Shown: piece by piece, positions 1-10,044 of the stretch | Numbering within the stretch: the stretch's first letter is position 1 | Layout: each line of letters begins with the position of its first letter | Source: Myxococcota bacterium | GTDB taxonomy: Bacteria; Myxococcota_A; UBA9160; UBA6930 | Assembly: GCA_965223415.1 (NCBI GenBank) | Contig: OZ245002.1 | Coordinates: 256,001 to 320,000, forward strand | Length of the DNA stretch: 64,000 nucleotides | Direction: 5' to 3' | Notes under the pieces: model-generated | Told to the model about the DNA's origin: nothing | Seen by the model: the letters and a program-made list of their open reading frames with translations, nothing else | Database searches by the model: none | Program-made: the position numbers and the translations under genes

Positions 1-218
1 CAGGCGGCGAGGGTCTCGGCCACGTCGCCGTAGTCGGTGGAGGCCTCGTCGGCCGCGTCGCGGGTGAGGACCAGACGCAGGGCGTTGTTGGGGTGGCGGT
101 CCCAATAGGTAGCGCGGTCCTCGGCGGCCACCACGTCGTAGACGGGCGCGAGCACGTCCTCGAGGGCGACCCGGCGGGTGTCGTAACGGAGAGCGCGGAA
201 CGGCTGGACGTCGGTCAT
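1..218 (-). CDS. DUF1015 family protein, N-terminal part (runs off window start)
   Basis: Manual translation MTDVQPFRALRYD...LAPVYDVV...HPNNALRL fits the DUF1015 N-terminus; ATG overlaps the tsaC stop (ATGA). Confidence 0.75.
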   Translation of the reverse strand, partial: MTDVQPFRALRYDTRRVALEDVLAPVYDVVAAEDRATYWDRHPNNALRLVLTRDAADEASTDYGDVAETLAA

Positions 219-847
219 GAGGCCTCGGCGATGACGGCTGCGATGGCGTCACGGGAAATGGCGGCCTCCCGCAGGATCCGGGGCGGCCGCACGCTGCAGT
301 CGACGACGCTGCTGGGTGGGCCGCCGCCGCACTCGCCGCCGGCCAGGAGCGCGGGGCCGGGCGCCGCCGCACACAGGCGCCGCGCCTCGGCCCGGCGGGT
401 GGCCGCCGGCTCCCCGCTGCGATTCAGGCTCGTCGCGGTGACGGGGCCGGCGCCGATCGCCGCGATGCCGGCCGCAAGCGCCGTCGCGTCCGGGTGGGGC
501 GAGCAGCGCACGCCGAGGCCGCCGTCGGGAGCCGTGACGCCCGGCGCAAACGTCCCGGCAGTGGAGAGCACCAGGGTGAGCGGTCCCGGCCAGAAGCGCG
601 CCGCCAGCCGCGCGGCCTCGGCGCCCATCTCCACGTCGAGCTCGGCCAGGGCGTCCGGGGCCTCGAGCAGCACCGAGACGGGCTGGTCCCCTTCGCGACC
701 CTTCCAATCCCGCAGCGCCGTCAGGCCGGGCGCGGAGCGGGCGTCGGCGGCCAGGCCCCAGCTCGTCTCCGTCGGAAAGGCCACGAGCCCGCCATGAGCC
801 AGATGGCGGGCCGCGTCGGCGGCGGAGAGCTCGGCCGGGGCCTCCAC
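215..847 (-). CDS. tsaC: L-threonylcarbamoyladenylate synthase (YrdC/Sua5)
   Basis: VAFPTETSWGL, KGR, FWPGPLT, TSLNRSG motifs; GTG start next to the purD stop. Confidence 0.9.
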   Translation of the reverse strand: MEAPAELSAADAARHLAHGGLVAFPTETSWGLAADARSAPGLTALRDWKGREGDQPVSVLLEAPDALAELDVEMGAEAARLAARFWPGPLTLVLSTAGTFAPGVTAPDGGLGVRCSPHPDATALAAGIAAIGAGPVTATSLNRSGEPAATRRAEARRLCAAAPGPALLAGGECGGGPPSSVVDCSVRPPRILREAAISRDAIAAVIAEAS

Positions 848-848
848 G

Positions 849-2123
849 TCAGCGGGCCAGTGCCCGGGCGGCGATGTCGTCCCGGCGGTGCAGACCTTCG
901 AAGCGGATCTCGTCGGCGGCGGCGTAGGCGCGGGCCCGGGCGGTGGCGACATCCGGGCCGCGGGCGGTCACGCCGAGCACCCGGCCACCGTTCGTCACGA
1001 AGCGGTCGCCCTCCAGGCGCGTCCCGGCGTGGAACACCGTCACGCCCTCGTGGGCGGCGGCCGCGTCGAGGCCGGCGATCGGCTTGCCTTTCTCGTAGCT
1101 GCGCGGGTAGCCGCCGGAGGCCAGCACGACGCACACGGCGGCGTCCTCGGTAGCGACGGTCTGGGGCTCGAGGGCGCCGGTGGCGGCGCCGTGGAGGAGC
1201 GGCACCAGGTCGCCGGTCATCTGCACGAAGAGCGCCTGGGTCTCCGGATCGCCGAAGCGCACGTTGAACTCGACGACCTTCGGGCTGCCGGCGTCGTCGA
1301 TCATCAGCCCGACGTAGAGGACGCCGCTGAAGGGCGCGCCCTCCTCGCGCATGCCGCGGAGCGTGGGGTGCACGATCTCCTCGAGGACGCGCTTCTCGAC
1401 CGCCTCGCTCACCACCGGGGCGGGTACGTAGGCGCCCATGCCGCCGGTGTTCTCGCCGCGGTCGCCGTCCCGGGCGCGCTTGTGGTCCTGGGCCGGCGCC
1501 AGGGTGACGACCTGCTCGCCGTCGGAGATGGCATAGTAGGAGGCTTCTTCGCCGACGAGGCGCTCCTCGATCAGCACCTGGTCGCCGGCGGCGCCGAAGC
1601 GCCGGTCGGCCAGGATCTCCCGCAGGGCGGCCTCGGCCTCGGCGGGGCTGTCGCAGACGGCGACGCCCTTGCCGGCGGCCAGGCCGTCCGCCTTGACGAC
1701 GCAAGGGTCGCCGTCGGCCTGCACGGCGGCGATCGCCGCATCCAGATCCGTGAACACCTGGAAGTGCGGCTGGGGAATGCCGTGCCGCGCCATGAACTCC
1801 CGTGCGAAGGTCTTGCTGCCCTCGAGCCGCGCGGCGGCCGCGGACGGCCCGAACACGGCGAAGCCGGCCTCGCGCAGCCGGTCCGCCACGCCCTCCGCCA
1901 GCGGATCCTCGGGCCCGATCACGACCAGCTCGACACCGTGCTCCCGGGCCACGCGGATCAGCCCGTCGGCGTCTCCCGCCGCCACCGTGGGAACCAGGAC
2001 CGCGTCCTCGGCCATCCCGTCGTTCCCGGGCGCCGCGACCACCTGCTCGACGAGCGGACTGCGCGCGATCTTCCAGACCAGCGCGTGCTCACGACCACCG
2101 GAGCCGGCAACCAGAACCCGCAT
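849..2123 (-). CDS. purD: Phosphoribosylamine--glycine ligase
   Basis: GSGGREHAL, LEGSK, KADGLAAGKGV, NTGGMGAY, EFNVRFGDPE, TNGGRVL. Confidence 0.97.
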   Translation of the reverse strand: MRVLVAGSGGREHALVWKIARSPLVEQVVAAPGNDGMAEDAVLVPTVAAGDADGLIRVAREHGVELVVIGPEDPLAEGVADRLREAGFAVFGPSAAAARLEGSKTFAREFMARHGIPQPHFQVFTDLDAAIAAVQADGDPCVVKADGLAAGKGVAVCDSPAEAEAALREILADRRFGAAGDQVLIEERLVGEEASYYAISDGEQVVTLAPAQDHKRARDGDRGENTGGMGAYVPAPVVSEAVEKRVLEEIVHPTLRGMREEGAPFSGVLYVGLMIDDAGSPKVVEFNVRFGDPETQALFVQMTGDLVPLLHGAATGALEPQTVATEDAAVCVVLASGGYPRSYEKGKPIAGLDAAAAHEGVTVFHAGTRLEGDRFVTNGGRVLGVTARGPDVATARARAYAAADEIRFEGLHRRDDIAARALAR

Positions 2124-2182
2124 CGGGGCCCTCCGAAGGCTGGAACGTTGGGGGAAACCGCCGGACCGCCGGAGGTTTACCA

Positions 2183-2272
2183 GAATGAAGAAACGGGGCC
2201 AGAGTTAAGAATGAAGAAACCCTCCCCGGAGGGCGCAACTGAATTCTTAACTCCGGCCCCGTTTCTTCATTC
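2183..2272. repeat. Long intergenic inverted repeat, family A (REP/REPIN-like)
   Basis: 30-bp arms GAATGAAGAAACGGGGCC(A/G)GAGTTAAGAAT at 2183-2212 and 2243-2272 with one mismatch; same core as 22254-22325. Confidence 0.85.
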
Positions 2273-3065
2273 AGCCGTGGATGGGGCCGTGGGCGCTGCC
2301 GGAGAGGAACTGACGGACGACTTCGTTCGGGGAGTTCTTCATCTCTTCGGGGCTGCCGCTCTCGATCATCTCGCCCTGGTAGAGCATGGCCATGTGGTCG
2401 GCGATCTTGAAGGCGGCGCCGATGTCGTGGGTGATGCAGACGACGGTGACACCGAGGCGGTCGCGCATCTGCAGGATCAGCTCGTTGATGGTGTCGGCCA
2501 TGATCGGGTCGAGGCCGGTGGTGGGCTCGTCGACGCAGAGCAGCCGCGGATGGTGGGCGATGGCCCGGGCCAGGGCCACCCGCTTGCGCATCCCGCCGGA
2601 GAGCTGGGCGGGGTAGAGCCCTTCGACGTTCTTGAGGCCGACCATCAGCAGGTTCTCCCGCACCACGTCGCGGATCTCGGCGCTGCCCCAGCCGCGGGTG
2701 TAGCGGAGGGCGAAGCCGACGTTCTCCTCCACCGTCATCGAGTCGAAGAGAGCGCCGAACTGGAAGAGCATGCCCACCTGCATCATCAGGTCCCGGGCCT
2801 CGAGCCGGCCGAGCCCGCTCACCTCGCGGCCCAGCAGGCGCACCGAGCCCGCCTCGTAGGACTCGAGGCCCAGCAGGATGCGCAACATCGTAGACTTCCC
2901 GCTGCCGCTGCCCCCGACCACCACGGTCACCTCCCCGGGGCGGGCGGCCAGGTCCACACCCTTCAACACCGGTCGATCGTCGAAGGACTTGTACACGCCC
3001 TCCAGGACGGCCATCTCGCCGGCGGGGTCGAAGTGGGGAGTGGGAGGCGCGGGGGACGAAGCCAC
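2271..3065 (-). CDS. ABC transporter ATP-binding protein, MlaF/Ttg2A-like
   Basis: GGSGSGKS, FQFGALFDSMTV, LSGGMRKRVALARA, DEPTTGLDP, ITHD. Confidence 0.88.
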   Translation of the reverse strand: MASSPAPPTPHFDPAGEMAVLEGVYKSFDDRPVLKGVDLAARPGEVTVVVGGSGSGKSTMLRILLGLESYEAGSVRLLGREVSGLGRLEARDLMMQVGMLFQFGALFDSMTVEENVGFALRYTRGWGSAEIRDVVRENLLMVGLKNVEGLYPAQLSGGMRKRVALARAIAHHPRLLCVDEPTTGLDPIMADTINELILQMRDRLGVTVVCITHDIGAAFKIADHMAMLYQGEMIESGSPEEMKNSPNEVVRQFLSGSAHGPIHG

Positions 3066-3144
3066 GGAGGCAGATTAGCAGCCGACTTCACCGCGGGAGG
3101 GGCGAACGCCTGGGGGATTGCATACGTTCGCGCATGAACCCGCG

Positions 3145-3357
3145 ATGCAGACCCCCCTCGAGATCCAGGTGAACGGAGAGCCGGTCGAGGTCGCCGCCGG
3201 CGCCACGCTGGCGGACCTGATCGAGCAGCTGACTCTCGGCGGACGCAAGATCGCCGTGGCGGTGAATCGGGCGGTGGTTCCGCGATCGCGCTTCCCGGAG
3301 CATCGCATCGCAGCGGCCGACCGGGTCGAGATCCTCGAAGCGGTCGGCGGAGGCTAA
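3145..3357 (+). CDS. thiS: Sulfur carrier protein ThiS
   Basis: IQVNGE...AVAVN...[12 protein letters not shown] with C-terminal GG; directly upstream of thiG. Confidence 0.92.
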   Translation: MQTPLEIQVNGEPVEVAAGATLADLIEQLTLGGRKIAVAVNRAVVPRSRFPEHRIAAADRVEILEAVGGG

Positions 3358-3361
3358 CAGG

Positions 3362-4135
3362 ATGGGCGAGCCCTACACCCTCGGCAGCCACACGTTCCAC
3401 TCCCGACTCATCGTCGGGAGCGGCAAGTACGACTCGTTCCAGACCCAGCTCGATGCCACCGTCGCGAGCGGTGCCGAGATGATCACCGTGGCCCTGCGCC
3501 GGGTCGACCTCTCGGCGCCGAAGGGCGAGAACCTGCTCTCCTACGTTCCGGAGGGCACGACCATCCTCCCGAACACGGCGGGCTGCTTCAACGTCGAGGA
3601 CGCGGTGACGACGGCTCAGCTGGGCCGCGAGCTGCTCGGGCACGGGCTGGTGAAGCTCGAGGTCATCGGCGACGAGCGCACCCTGTTCCCGGACGTGGCC
3701 GCTACCCTCGAGGCTGCGAAGATCCTGGTCGACGACGGCTTCGAGGTGCTGCCCTACATCACCGACGACCCGGTCGCGTGCCAGCGCCTCGAGGCCATCG
3801 GTTGCGTGGCCGTGATGCCGCTGGCGGCGCCGATCGGCTCGGGCCTCGGCATCCGCAACCCGGCCAATCTGCGCATCATCCTCGAGACCGTCGAGGTGCC
3901 GGTCGTGGTCGACGCGGGCGTCGGGACGGCGAGCGATGCGGCGTTGGCGATGGAGCTCGGCAGCACCGCGATCCTGATGAACACGGCCATCGCTGGCGCC
4001 AAGGAGCCGGTGCAGATGGCGACCGCGATGCGCCTCGCCGTGGAGGCGGGGCGGCTGGCCTACGAGTCCGGGCGCATCCCGCGGCGGCTCTACGCGAGTG
4101 CGTCGAGTCCCCTCGACGGCCTCGCCAGCTTCTGA
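3362..4135 (+). CDS. thiG: Thiazole synthase
   Basis: [54 protein letters not shown]. Confidence 0.97.
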   Translation: MGEPYTLGSHTFHSRLIVGSGKYDSFQTQLDATVASGAEMITVALRRVDLSAPKGENLLSYVPEGTTILPNTAGCFNVEDAVTTAQLGRELLGHGLVKLEVIGDERTLFPDVAATLEAAKILVDDGFEVLPYITDDPVACQRLEAIGCVAVMPLAAPIGSGLGIRNPANLRIILETVEVPVVVDAGVGTASDAALAMELGSTAILMNTAIAGAKEPVQMATAMRLAVEAGRLAYESGRIPRRLYASASSPLDGLASF

Positions 4136-4141
4136 GGCGCG

Positions 4142-4738
4142 ATGGACCGACCGATCCTGTGTCTGGTCGCCGACGCGGCCGCCGGGCCCGCCGTCGCCGC
4201 GGCCGTGCGCGGCGGCGCGGACTGGGTCCAGCTGCGGGACCGGAGCCTCGCGGGCGGCGAGCTGTTGGCGACCCTCGACGCCTGGCGGGCCGCGTGCGCT
4301 GACGCCCCGGTGCGCTGGCTCGTGAACCGCCGGGTCGACGTCGCCCTGGCCGGCGACGCCGATGGCGTGCACCTGGGCTTCGACGGGATGCCTGGTGCCG
4401 ACGCCCGGGTGCTCCTCGGCGCGGGGCCGATGATCGGTACGGCCTGCCACGCGCCCGAGGAGGTCGCCGCAGCGGACGCGGAGCTCGGCTACGTGCACCT
4501 GGCGCCGATTCACCCGCCCCTCTCGAAGGCGGCGGGGCGCCCCGCCCTCGGCCTCGGCGTGCTCGAGCGCGCGGCAGGGTCCGGCCCGCCGGTGCTCGCC
4601 CAGGGCGGCGTCACGGCGGGCAACGCGCGGGCGTGCATCGAGGCCGGCGCCGCCGGCGTGGCCGTGACCGGCGAGGTGTTGGGCGCCGCGGATCCGGAGC
4701 GCGCGACGCGCGCCCTGCGCGAGGCGCTCGACCGGTGA
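4142..4738 (+). CDS. thiE: Thiamine phosphate synthase family protein
   Basis: VQLRD, VNRRVDVA, DGVHLG, GGV motifs; in operon with thiSG (TenI-like paralog not excluded). Confidence 0.75.
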   Translation: MDRPILCLVADAAAGPAVAAAVRGGADWVQLRDRSLAGGELLATLDAWRAACADAPVRWLVNRRVDVALAGDADGVHLGFDGMPGADARVLLGAGPMIGTACHAPEEVAAADAELGYVHLAPIHPPLSKAAGRPALGLGVLERAAGSGPPVLAQGGVTAGNARACIEAGAAGVAVTGEVLGAADPERATRALREALDR

Positions 4739-6108
4739 GGATCTTCCGACCGACGGCGGGGGCCCTCTTCGTCGGCCTGCTGGCGGCCACAGCCGCCGGC
4801 GAGCCGGAGGCTCCCTCCGCCCGAAAGGTGTCGCTCGAGGAGCGCATCGTCGCCGTCTCCCAAGCGGTGACGCCCTCCGTCGTGCACATCAACGCGGTGG
4901 TTCGGGTGAACGACCGCCGCAACGAGGTCACAGGCTCGGGCCTGATCGCCCGGGCCGACGGGCTCGTGCTCACGAACCAGCACGTGGTCGACAAGGCGGT
5001 CAAGGTGGAGGTGACCGTCCCGGGCCGGAAGCGTCCCTACCCGGCGGAGATCGTCGGGACCGACCGCCAGACCGACGTCGCCGTGCTGCGCATCCGAGCC
5101 GACCGCCCGCTCCCCGCCGCCAACTTCGGCGACGTCGCCACGGTGCGCGTCGGCCAGTGGGTGCTGGCGATCGGCAACCCCTACGGCCTGGAGGGCACGG
5201 TCTCCCTCGGCATCGTCTCCGCCAAGGGCCGCAACCTGGAGGTGCCCGGCCTCCTGAACGACTTCATCCAGACCGATGCGATGATCGACCGCGGCTCCTC
5301 CGGCGGCCCCCTGGTCGATCTCGAAGGCCGCGTGGTCGGCCTCAACTCCCGGGGGCAGGGCCGCGGCATCGGCTTCACCATTCCCGTGGACACGGTCCTC
5401 GACGTGATGGCGGAGCTCGAGGGCGGCGGCGTCGAGCGCGGCTGGCTCGGCACCTCGATCCAGCCCCTGTCCCGCGAGCTGGCCAGCTACCTCGGCGTGC
5501 CCGACGCCACCGGCGTGATCGTGAACGGCGTCTCCGAAGGCTCGCCGGCGGCCGACGCCGGCCTGCGTCCCGGCGACCTCCTCACCACCTTCGGAGACCA
5601 CGACGTGGACGCCGAGAAGGACGAGAACCTGGGCGCCTTCCAGCGCCGGGTCGCCGGCACGGCGCCGGGCAGCAACGTCCGCCTGCAGGTGCTGCGCGAG
5701 GGTCGCTTCCGCGAGGTGGAGGTGACCATCGGCACCCAGCCCAAGGTCGAGCCCGAGGAGGAGGAGAGCGACCTGGGCTTCCACGTGCAGGAGATCACCG
5801 AGGGTCTCTTCCGGAGCGAGCGCCTGCCGGTGCGGGACGGGGTGTTCGTGTCCTTCGTCGCGCGGGGCTCACCGGCCGGCCGAGCCGGGCTCTTCACGGG
5901 CGACGTCGTGGTCGGCGTCGACAGCCTGCCGGTGGCCGGGCTCGACGACTTCCGCCGCGCCGTCGCCCGGGCAGAGGACCAGCGCCGGGTGCTGCTCCGC
6001 GCGCGTCGCGGCGAAGACCTCCGATTCCTCCTCCTCGACCGCGGCGCGCCGACCGCCGCTCCCGGCGAGACCCCCGACGACGCCGACCCGGACCCGGTCG
6101 CCCACTGA
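4735..6108 (+). CDS. HtrA/DegP-family serine protease with PDZ domains
   Basis: Signal peptide, TNQHVV, TDVAVL, IQTDAMIDRGSSGGPL, two PDZ-like regions; GTG overlaps the thiE stop. Confidence 0.9.
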   Translation: MRIFRPTAGALFVGLLAATAAGEPEAPSARKVSLEERIVAVSQAVTPSVVHINAVVRVNDRRNEVTGSGLIARADGLVLTNQHVVDKAVKVEVTVPGRKRPYPAEIVGTDRQTDVAVLRIRADRPLPAANFGDVATVRVGQWVLAIGNPYGLEGTVSLGIVSAKGRNLEVPGLLNDFIQTDAMIDRGSSGGPLVDLEGRVVGLNSRGQGRGIGFTIPVDTVLDVMAELEGGGVERGWLGTSIQPLSRELASYLGVPDATGVIVNGVSEGSPAADAGLRPGDLLTTFGDHDVDAEKDENLGAFQRRVAGTAPGSNVRLQVLREGRFREVEVTIGTQPKVEPEEEESDLGFHVQEITEGLFRSERLPVRDGVFVSFVARGSPAGRAGLFTGDVVVGVDSLPVAGLDDFRRAVARAEDQRRVLLRARRGEDLRFLLLDRGAPTAAPGETPDDADPDPVAH

Positions 6109-6320
6109 GCGCCGGCCACCCGGCGCCGAAGCCTGCCGGTGGCGACGTGGGCCGTTCCGGTCGCGGTTCCCATCCGCAGGTGGGGCGAACCCGCGAGGAC
6201 GTCCCCGTTTCCCCTCACGCTTGACTCGCATACGACAACAATCGGCTTGACGCGAGCCCGAAAGCCGCAAAGACTCGCCCTATCCCAATCCACCACGAAC
6301 CTCCCGAAGGAGACAGCGGC

Positions 6321-6569
6321 GTGGAATTCTTGCTCATGCTCTTGACCGGCCTCGTGATCGGCGCCGTCGCCAAATTCCTGATGCCGGGGGAGGATCCCGG
6401 CGGCTTCATCATCACCACCCTTCTCGGCATCGCCGGCGCCTTCGTCGGGGGCTTCGCCGCCGTGGCGGTCGGCCTCGGGGCGATGGGCAGCATCGGCAGC
6501 TTCATCGCGGCGGTCGCCGGCGCGATGTTGCTCCTGGCGGGCTATCGCTTCATCCGCAGCCGGGGCTGA
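6321..6569 (+). CDS. GlsB/YeaQ/YmgE family membrane protein
   Basis: [18 protein letters not shown]...[10 protein letters not shown] pattern; AAGGAG RBS. Confidence 0.88.
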   Translation: MEFLLMLLTGLVIGAVAKFLMPGEDPGGFIITTLLGIAGAFVGGFAAVAVGLGAMGSIGSFIAAVAGAMLLLAGYRFIRSRG

Positions 6570-6571
6570 GC

Positions 6572-7267
6572 GTGGGCCGTGGCCTCGCCGAGGCCGTCGG
6601 CACCTTCTGGCTCGTGTTCGCCGGGTGCGGGAGTGCGGTGCTGGCGGCCGGGCAGCCGGACGTCGGCATCGGCTGGCTGGGGGTCTCGCTCGCCTTCGGG
6701 CTCAGCGTCGTCACCATGGCCTACGCCGTGGGCCACGTGTCGGGCGCCCACCTGAATCCCGCGGTGACGCTGGGGCTGGTGGTCGGTGGGAGGGTGCCGG
6801 GCCGCGATCTCATGAGCTACGTCCCTGCCCAGCTGATCGGCGCCGTCGCTGCCTCTGCGGTCCTGTACCTGATTGCGAGCGGAAGCGAGAGCTTCGATCT
6901 GGCCGCGGGCTTCGCGGCCAACGGCTACGGAGACCACTCGCCCGCGGGCTACTCGGCCCTCTCGGGTTTCGTCGCGGAGTTCGTCCTCACCGCGATCTTC
7001 CTCGTCGTGATCCTGGGAGCCACCGATCCGCGGGCGCCGGCCGGCATGGCGCCCCTGGCGATCGGCCTCGCCCTGACCTTGATCCACCTGGTCGGCATCC
7101 CGGTCACGAACACCTCGGTCAACCCGGCGCGCAGCACTGGGCCGGCGCTCTTCGTCGGTGGCTGGGCGCTCGCTCAGCTCTGGATGTTCTGGGTCGCGCC
7201 GCTACTCGGCGCGACCATCGGCGCGCTCCTGTACCGGCAGGTCGCCGGCGAGCCCGGCCCGGAGTAG
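6572..7267 (+). CDS. aqpZ: Aquaporin Z
   Basis: [10 protein letters not shown] and [11 protein letters not shown] motifs; [19 protein letters not shown]. Confidence 0.95.
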   Translation: MGRGLAEAVGTFWLVFAGCGSAVLAAGQPDVGIGWLGVSLAFGLSVVTMAYAVGHVSGAHLNPAVTLGLVVGGRVPGRDLMSYVPAQLIGAVAASAVLYLIASGSESFDLAAGFAANGYGDHSPAGYSALSGFVAEFVLTAIFLVVILGATDPRAPAGMAPLAIGLALTLIHLVGIPVTNTSVNPARSTGPALFVGGWALAQLWMFWVAPLLGATIGALLYRQVAGEPGPE

Positions 7268-7269
7268 CT

Positions 7270-7403
7270 GCGCCGGCGAGCCCGCCGCCCGGCCGCGGAC
7301 GAGCCCCAGAGCGACGGCAATGGAGGTGGAGGTACCGGGCTCCGGCACCGCCGGGATCGTCGTTGGCACGAACTGGACAGCGTCGACGCTGGCTCGGGCG
7401 ACC
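7270..7403 (-). pseudogene. Relic C-terminus of a PEP-CTERM protein
   Basis: Minus-strand reading ...VQFVPTTIPAVPEPGTSTSIAVALGLV; Arg-rich tail ([10 protein letters not shown]) is in a shifted frame; no start or N-terminus. Confidence 0.5.
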
Positions 7404-7427
7404 CTAGGCCGACCTCGCGGAACACCG

Positions 7428-8574
7428 CTAGGCGTCGCCGGCTCCGGAGGCCGGCAGGAGGCGGGTCAGGGCAAGCCGGCGACCGGTTTCGGCTCGGTAC
7501 CCGCCCGCCAGGTCGGCGGCCACTTCCGCGGCGGAAGCGGGTCGCACGAGGTGGAGGGTGCAGCCGCCCCAGCCGGCGCCGGTGAGTCGAGAGCCGTAGA
7601 CGGCGTCGTGGGCGTCGCCCAGACGACACAGGAGATCGATCTCGGGGAGGCTGGCGTCGTAGTCCTCTCGAAGACTGGCCTGGCCCTCGCGCAGGAGCTC
7701 GCCGACCTGAGCCAGCTCGCCCCCCGCCAGGGCGGCGCAGACCGCATCGACTCGCGCGTTCTCCCGCACGACGTGGCGGGCGCGGCGGAACACGACCTCG
7801 GGGACGAGGGGCGCCAGCTCGCGCAGCGCGTCGCTTCCGAGATCGCGCAGGGCGGTGGCGCCAGGCGCGACGAGGCCCGCCTGCTTCGCCGCCGCGAACG
7901 CCGCGCGGCACTCGGCCACGCGCTCGGCGTAGCCCGCCTCGGCCAGGCGGCGCTCCACACCCGAGTGGGCGACGAGCAAGGCGACGGGCGGCACCGGGAG
8001 CCAGGTCACGCTGCGATCTCGGCAGTCGATCCGCAGCACGTGGTCCGCGCGGCCGAGGGCGCTCGCGAAAGGATCGAGGATGCCGCAGCCGATTCCGACG
8101 AAGTCACTCTCGCCCGCGTGGGCCGCGAGGGCGAGCTCCCGCGGCGCCAGGCCGAGCTCGAACACCCGGTCGAACGCAAGGGCTGCGGCCACGCCCAAGG
8201 CGGCCGAACTGCTGAGACCCGCCGCCGGCGGCACCCGGCTCGCAATCCAGAGCTCGGCCCCCCCCGAGCGACCCGAGGGCCCGGGCCACGCCCTGCACGT
8301 AGTCGATCCAGCCGTGCTGTTTCGCGGGTGCCGCGGGATCGAAGGACGCCTCGCCGAAGGCCTCGCTCACCACGCGCACGCGGCCGCCGGGGGCCGTCGC
8401 CGCAGCGACGACGATGTCGCGATCGACGGCGCAAGGCAGCACCAGGCCTTCCTCGTAGTCGGTGTGCTCGCCGATCCAGTTGACCCGCCCGGGCGCGCGA
8501 ACGACGTGGGTCGGTGCCCGACCGAAGACCCGGCGGAATCCCGTCTCGCCGATCTCTCTCGGGTGCCGTTCCAC
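7428..8574 (-). pseudogene. galK: Galactokinase, split by a single-base frameshift in a G8 run
   Basis: [14 protein letters not shown] in ORF 8104-8574 and [28 protein letters not shown] in ORF 7428-8234; frames switch at the C8 tract 8258-8265. Confidence 0.85.
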
Positions 8575-8591
8575 TGCTAGCCTCCGCGCCC

Positions 8592-9926
8592 GTGACCCTA
8601 GCCCGACCGCCCGTCCTCCTCGCCCTCGGCGCCCTCCTCGCCGTGCCCGCCGGCGCCGACGATCCGTTCCTGCGCCGCACCGCCACCGTCGAGGCGGTCG
8701 AGAGGGTGGGGCCTTCGGTCGTGAACATCACCACCGAGCAGGTGGCCCGCCGGCGACGCTCCCCCTTCCGGGGCGATCCGTTCTTCGATCGCTTCTTCCG
8801 CGACTTCTTCGAACCGCGGCTGCGGCAGCGAGCCCAGAGCCTAGGCTCCGGCGTCGTGATCGACGATTCGGGCCACGTGCTCACGAACGAGCACGTGATC
8901 GCCCGTGCCGACCTGATCCGCGTCACCCTGGCCGACGGCCGGGAGTTCGAGGCGGAGCTGGTCGGGGCGGATCCAAACAACGACCTGGCGGTCCTGCGCC
9001 TCAAGACCAAGGAGGAGCTCCCGTGGATCGCCCCCGGGAGCTCCGGTGACCTGATGGTCGGCGAGCCGGTCATCGCCATCGGCAACCCCTTCGGCCTCTC
9101 CAACACGGTCACCACCGGCGTCGTCTCGGCCCTGAACCGCTCCCTGCGGACCGACGACCGCACCTACCACGGCTTCCTCCAGACCGATGCGTCGATCAAC
9201 CCGGGCAACTCGGGCGGCCCGCTCCTGAACGCGAGCGGCCAGCTCATCGGCGTGAACACGGCCATCTACGGTGGCGGCGCCCAGGGCATCGGCTTCGCCA
9301 TCCCGATCGACGTGGCCAAGCGCATCGTGGCCGAGCTGATCAGCAAGGGCGAGGTGGTGCCCGTCTGGCTCGGCCTCGACCTCCAGGATCTCGACCCGAG
9401 CCTCTCGGAGCTGCTCGGCCTGCCCCCGCGGCTGCGCGGCGCCGTGGTGAGCCGGGTGCGCGGCGACGGCCCGAGCGCCGACCGCGACCTGGCCCGGAGC
9501 GACGTCATCACCCACGTGGACGCCTCCGCCGTGGGATCCGCCCGCGAGCTCTACGAGATCGTGGGGCGCAGCACGCCCGGGCAGGTCCACCAGCTCACGG
9601 TCCGTCGGGGCGGGGCCGAGCACCGGGTCGAGACCCGCGCCCGGGAGGTGCCTGCGGAGACCGTCGTGGCCCTCGCCGAGCAGCTCCTCGGCCTCGGGCT
9701 CGAGCCGGCGGAGGGGTACTACCGGGTGACCGGCGTCCGGGAGGGGAGCGGCGCGGATCGGGTCGGCTTCGAGGCCGGCGACCGGGTGCTCGGGATCGGC
9801 GGCCGAACCCTCCCGGACGGGGGTGCCCTGCGCCGCGCGGTAATGGACCTGCGGGGCCGCGCCCGGGCGCAGGTCGTGGTTGTCCGCGGCCAGCGCCGAT
9901 ACCATGTGAACGTTCCGCTTTCCTGA
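8592..9926 (+). CDS. HtrA/DegP-family serine protease with PDZ domains
   Basis: Signal peptide, [33 protein letters not shown]. Confidence 0.92.
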   Translation: MTLARPPVLLALGALLAVPAGADDPFLRRTATVEAVERVGPSVVNITTEQVARRRRSPFRGDPFFDRFFRDFFEPRLRQRAQSLGSGVVIDDSGHVLTNEHVIARADLIRVTLADGREFEAELVGADPNNDLAVLRLKTKEELPWIAPGSSGDLMVGEPVIAIGNPFGLSNTVTTGVVSALNRSLRTDDRTYHGFLQTDASINPGNSGGPLLNASGQLIGVNTAIYGGGAQGIGFAIPIDVAKRIVAELISKGEVVPVWLGLDLQDLDPSLSELLGLPPRLRGAVVSRVRGDGPSADRDLARSDVITHVDASAVGSARELYEIVGRSTPGQVHQLTVRRGGAEHRVETRAREVPAETVVALAEQLLGLGLEPAEGYYRVTGVREGSGADRVGFEAGDRVLGIGGRTLPDGGALRRAVMDLRGRARAQVVVVRGQRRYHVNVPLS

Positions 9927-9955
9927 GGACCTGGGCGCCGAACCTGCGCTCGCGT

Positions 9956-9984
9956 GGAACCCCGACGCCCCGAGCGGCGTCCTA
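9956..9984 (+). promoter_or_regulatory. Putative ECF (sigmaE-type) promoter
   Basis: GGAAC-N17-CGTCCTA about 60 nt upstream of a DegP/DegQ-like gene; matches the generic ECF consensus. Confidence 0.55.
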
Positions 9985-10044
9985 CGGACTCGAAGGCCCA
10001 CTCAGGCCCACGGGCGGGCCACCTGCCAGGAGAACCATCGACCC

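Noticed and set aside
2124..2182. Purine or ZTP riboswitch upstream of purD
   Set aside because: No recognisable aptamer motifs; the neighbouring structure is the family A palindrome.
3066..3144. TPP riboswitch upstream of thiSGE
   Set aside because: The region is short and lacks the conserved CTGAGA core; only a small GCGAACG/CGTTCGC inverted repeat is present.
6195..6260. Partial family C core (GGACGTCCCCGTTT) and two TTGAC boxes
   Set aside because: Too short and degenerate to call a repeat copy, and no convincing -10 at proper spacing.
7428..8574. Two separate genes or a programmed ribosomal frameshift in galK
   Set aside because: The halves are consecutive parts of one GHMP kinase, and a single homopolymer indel explains the split more simply.
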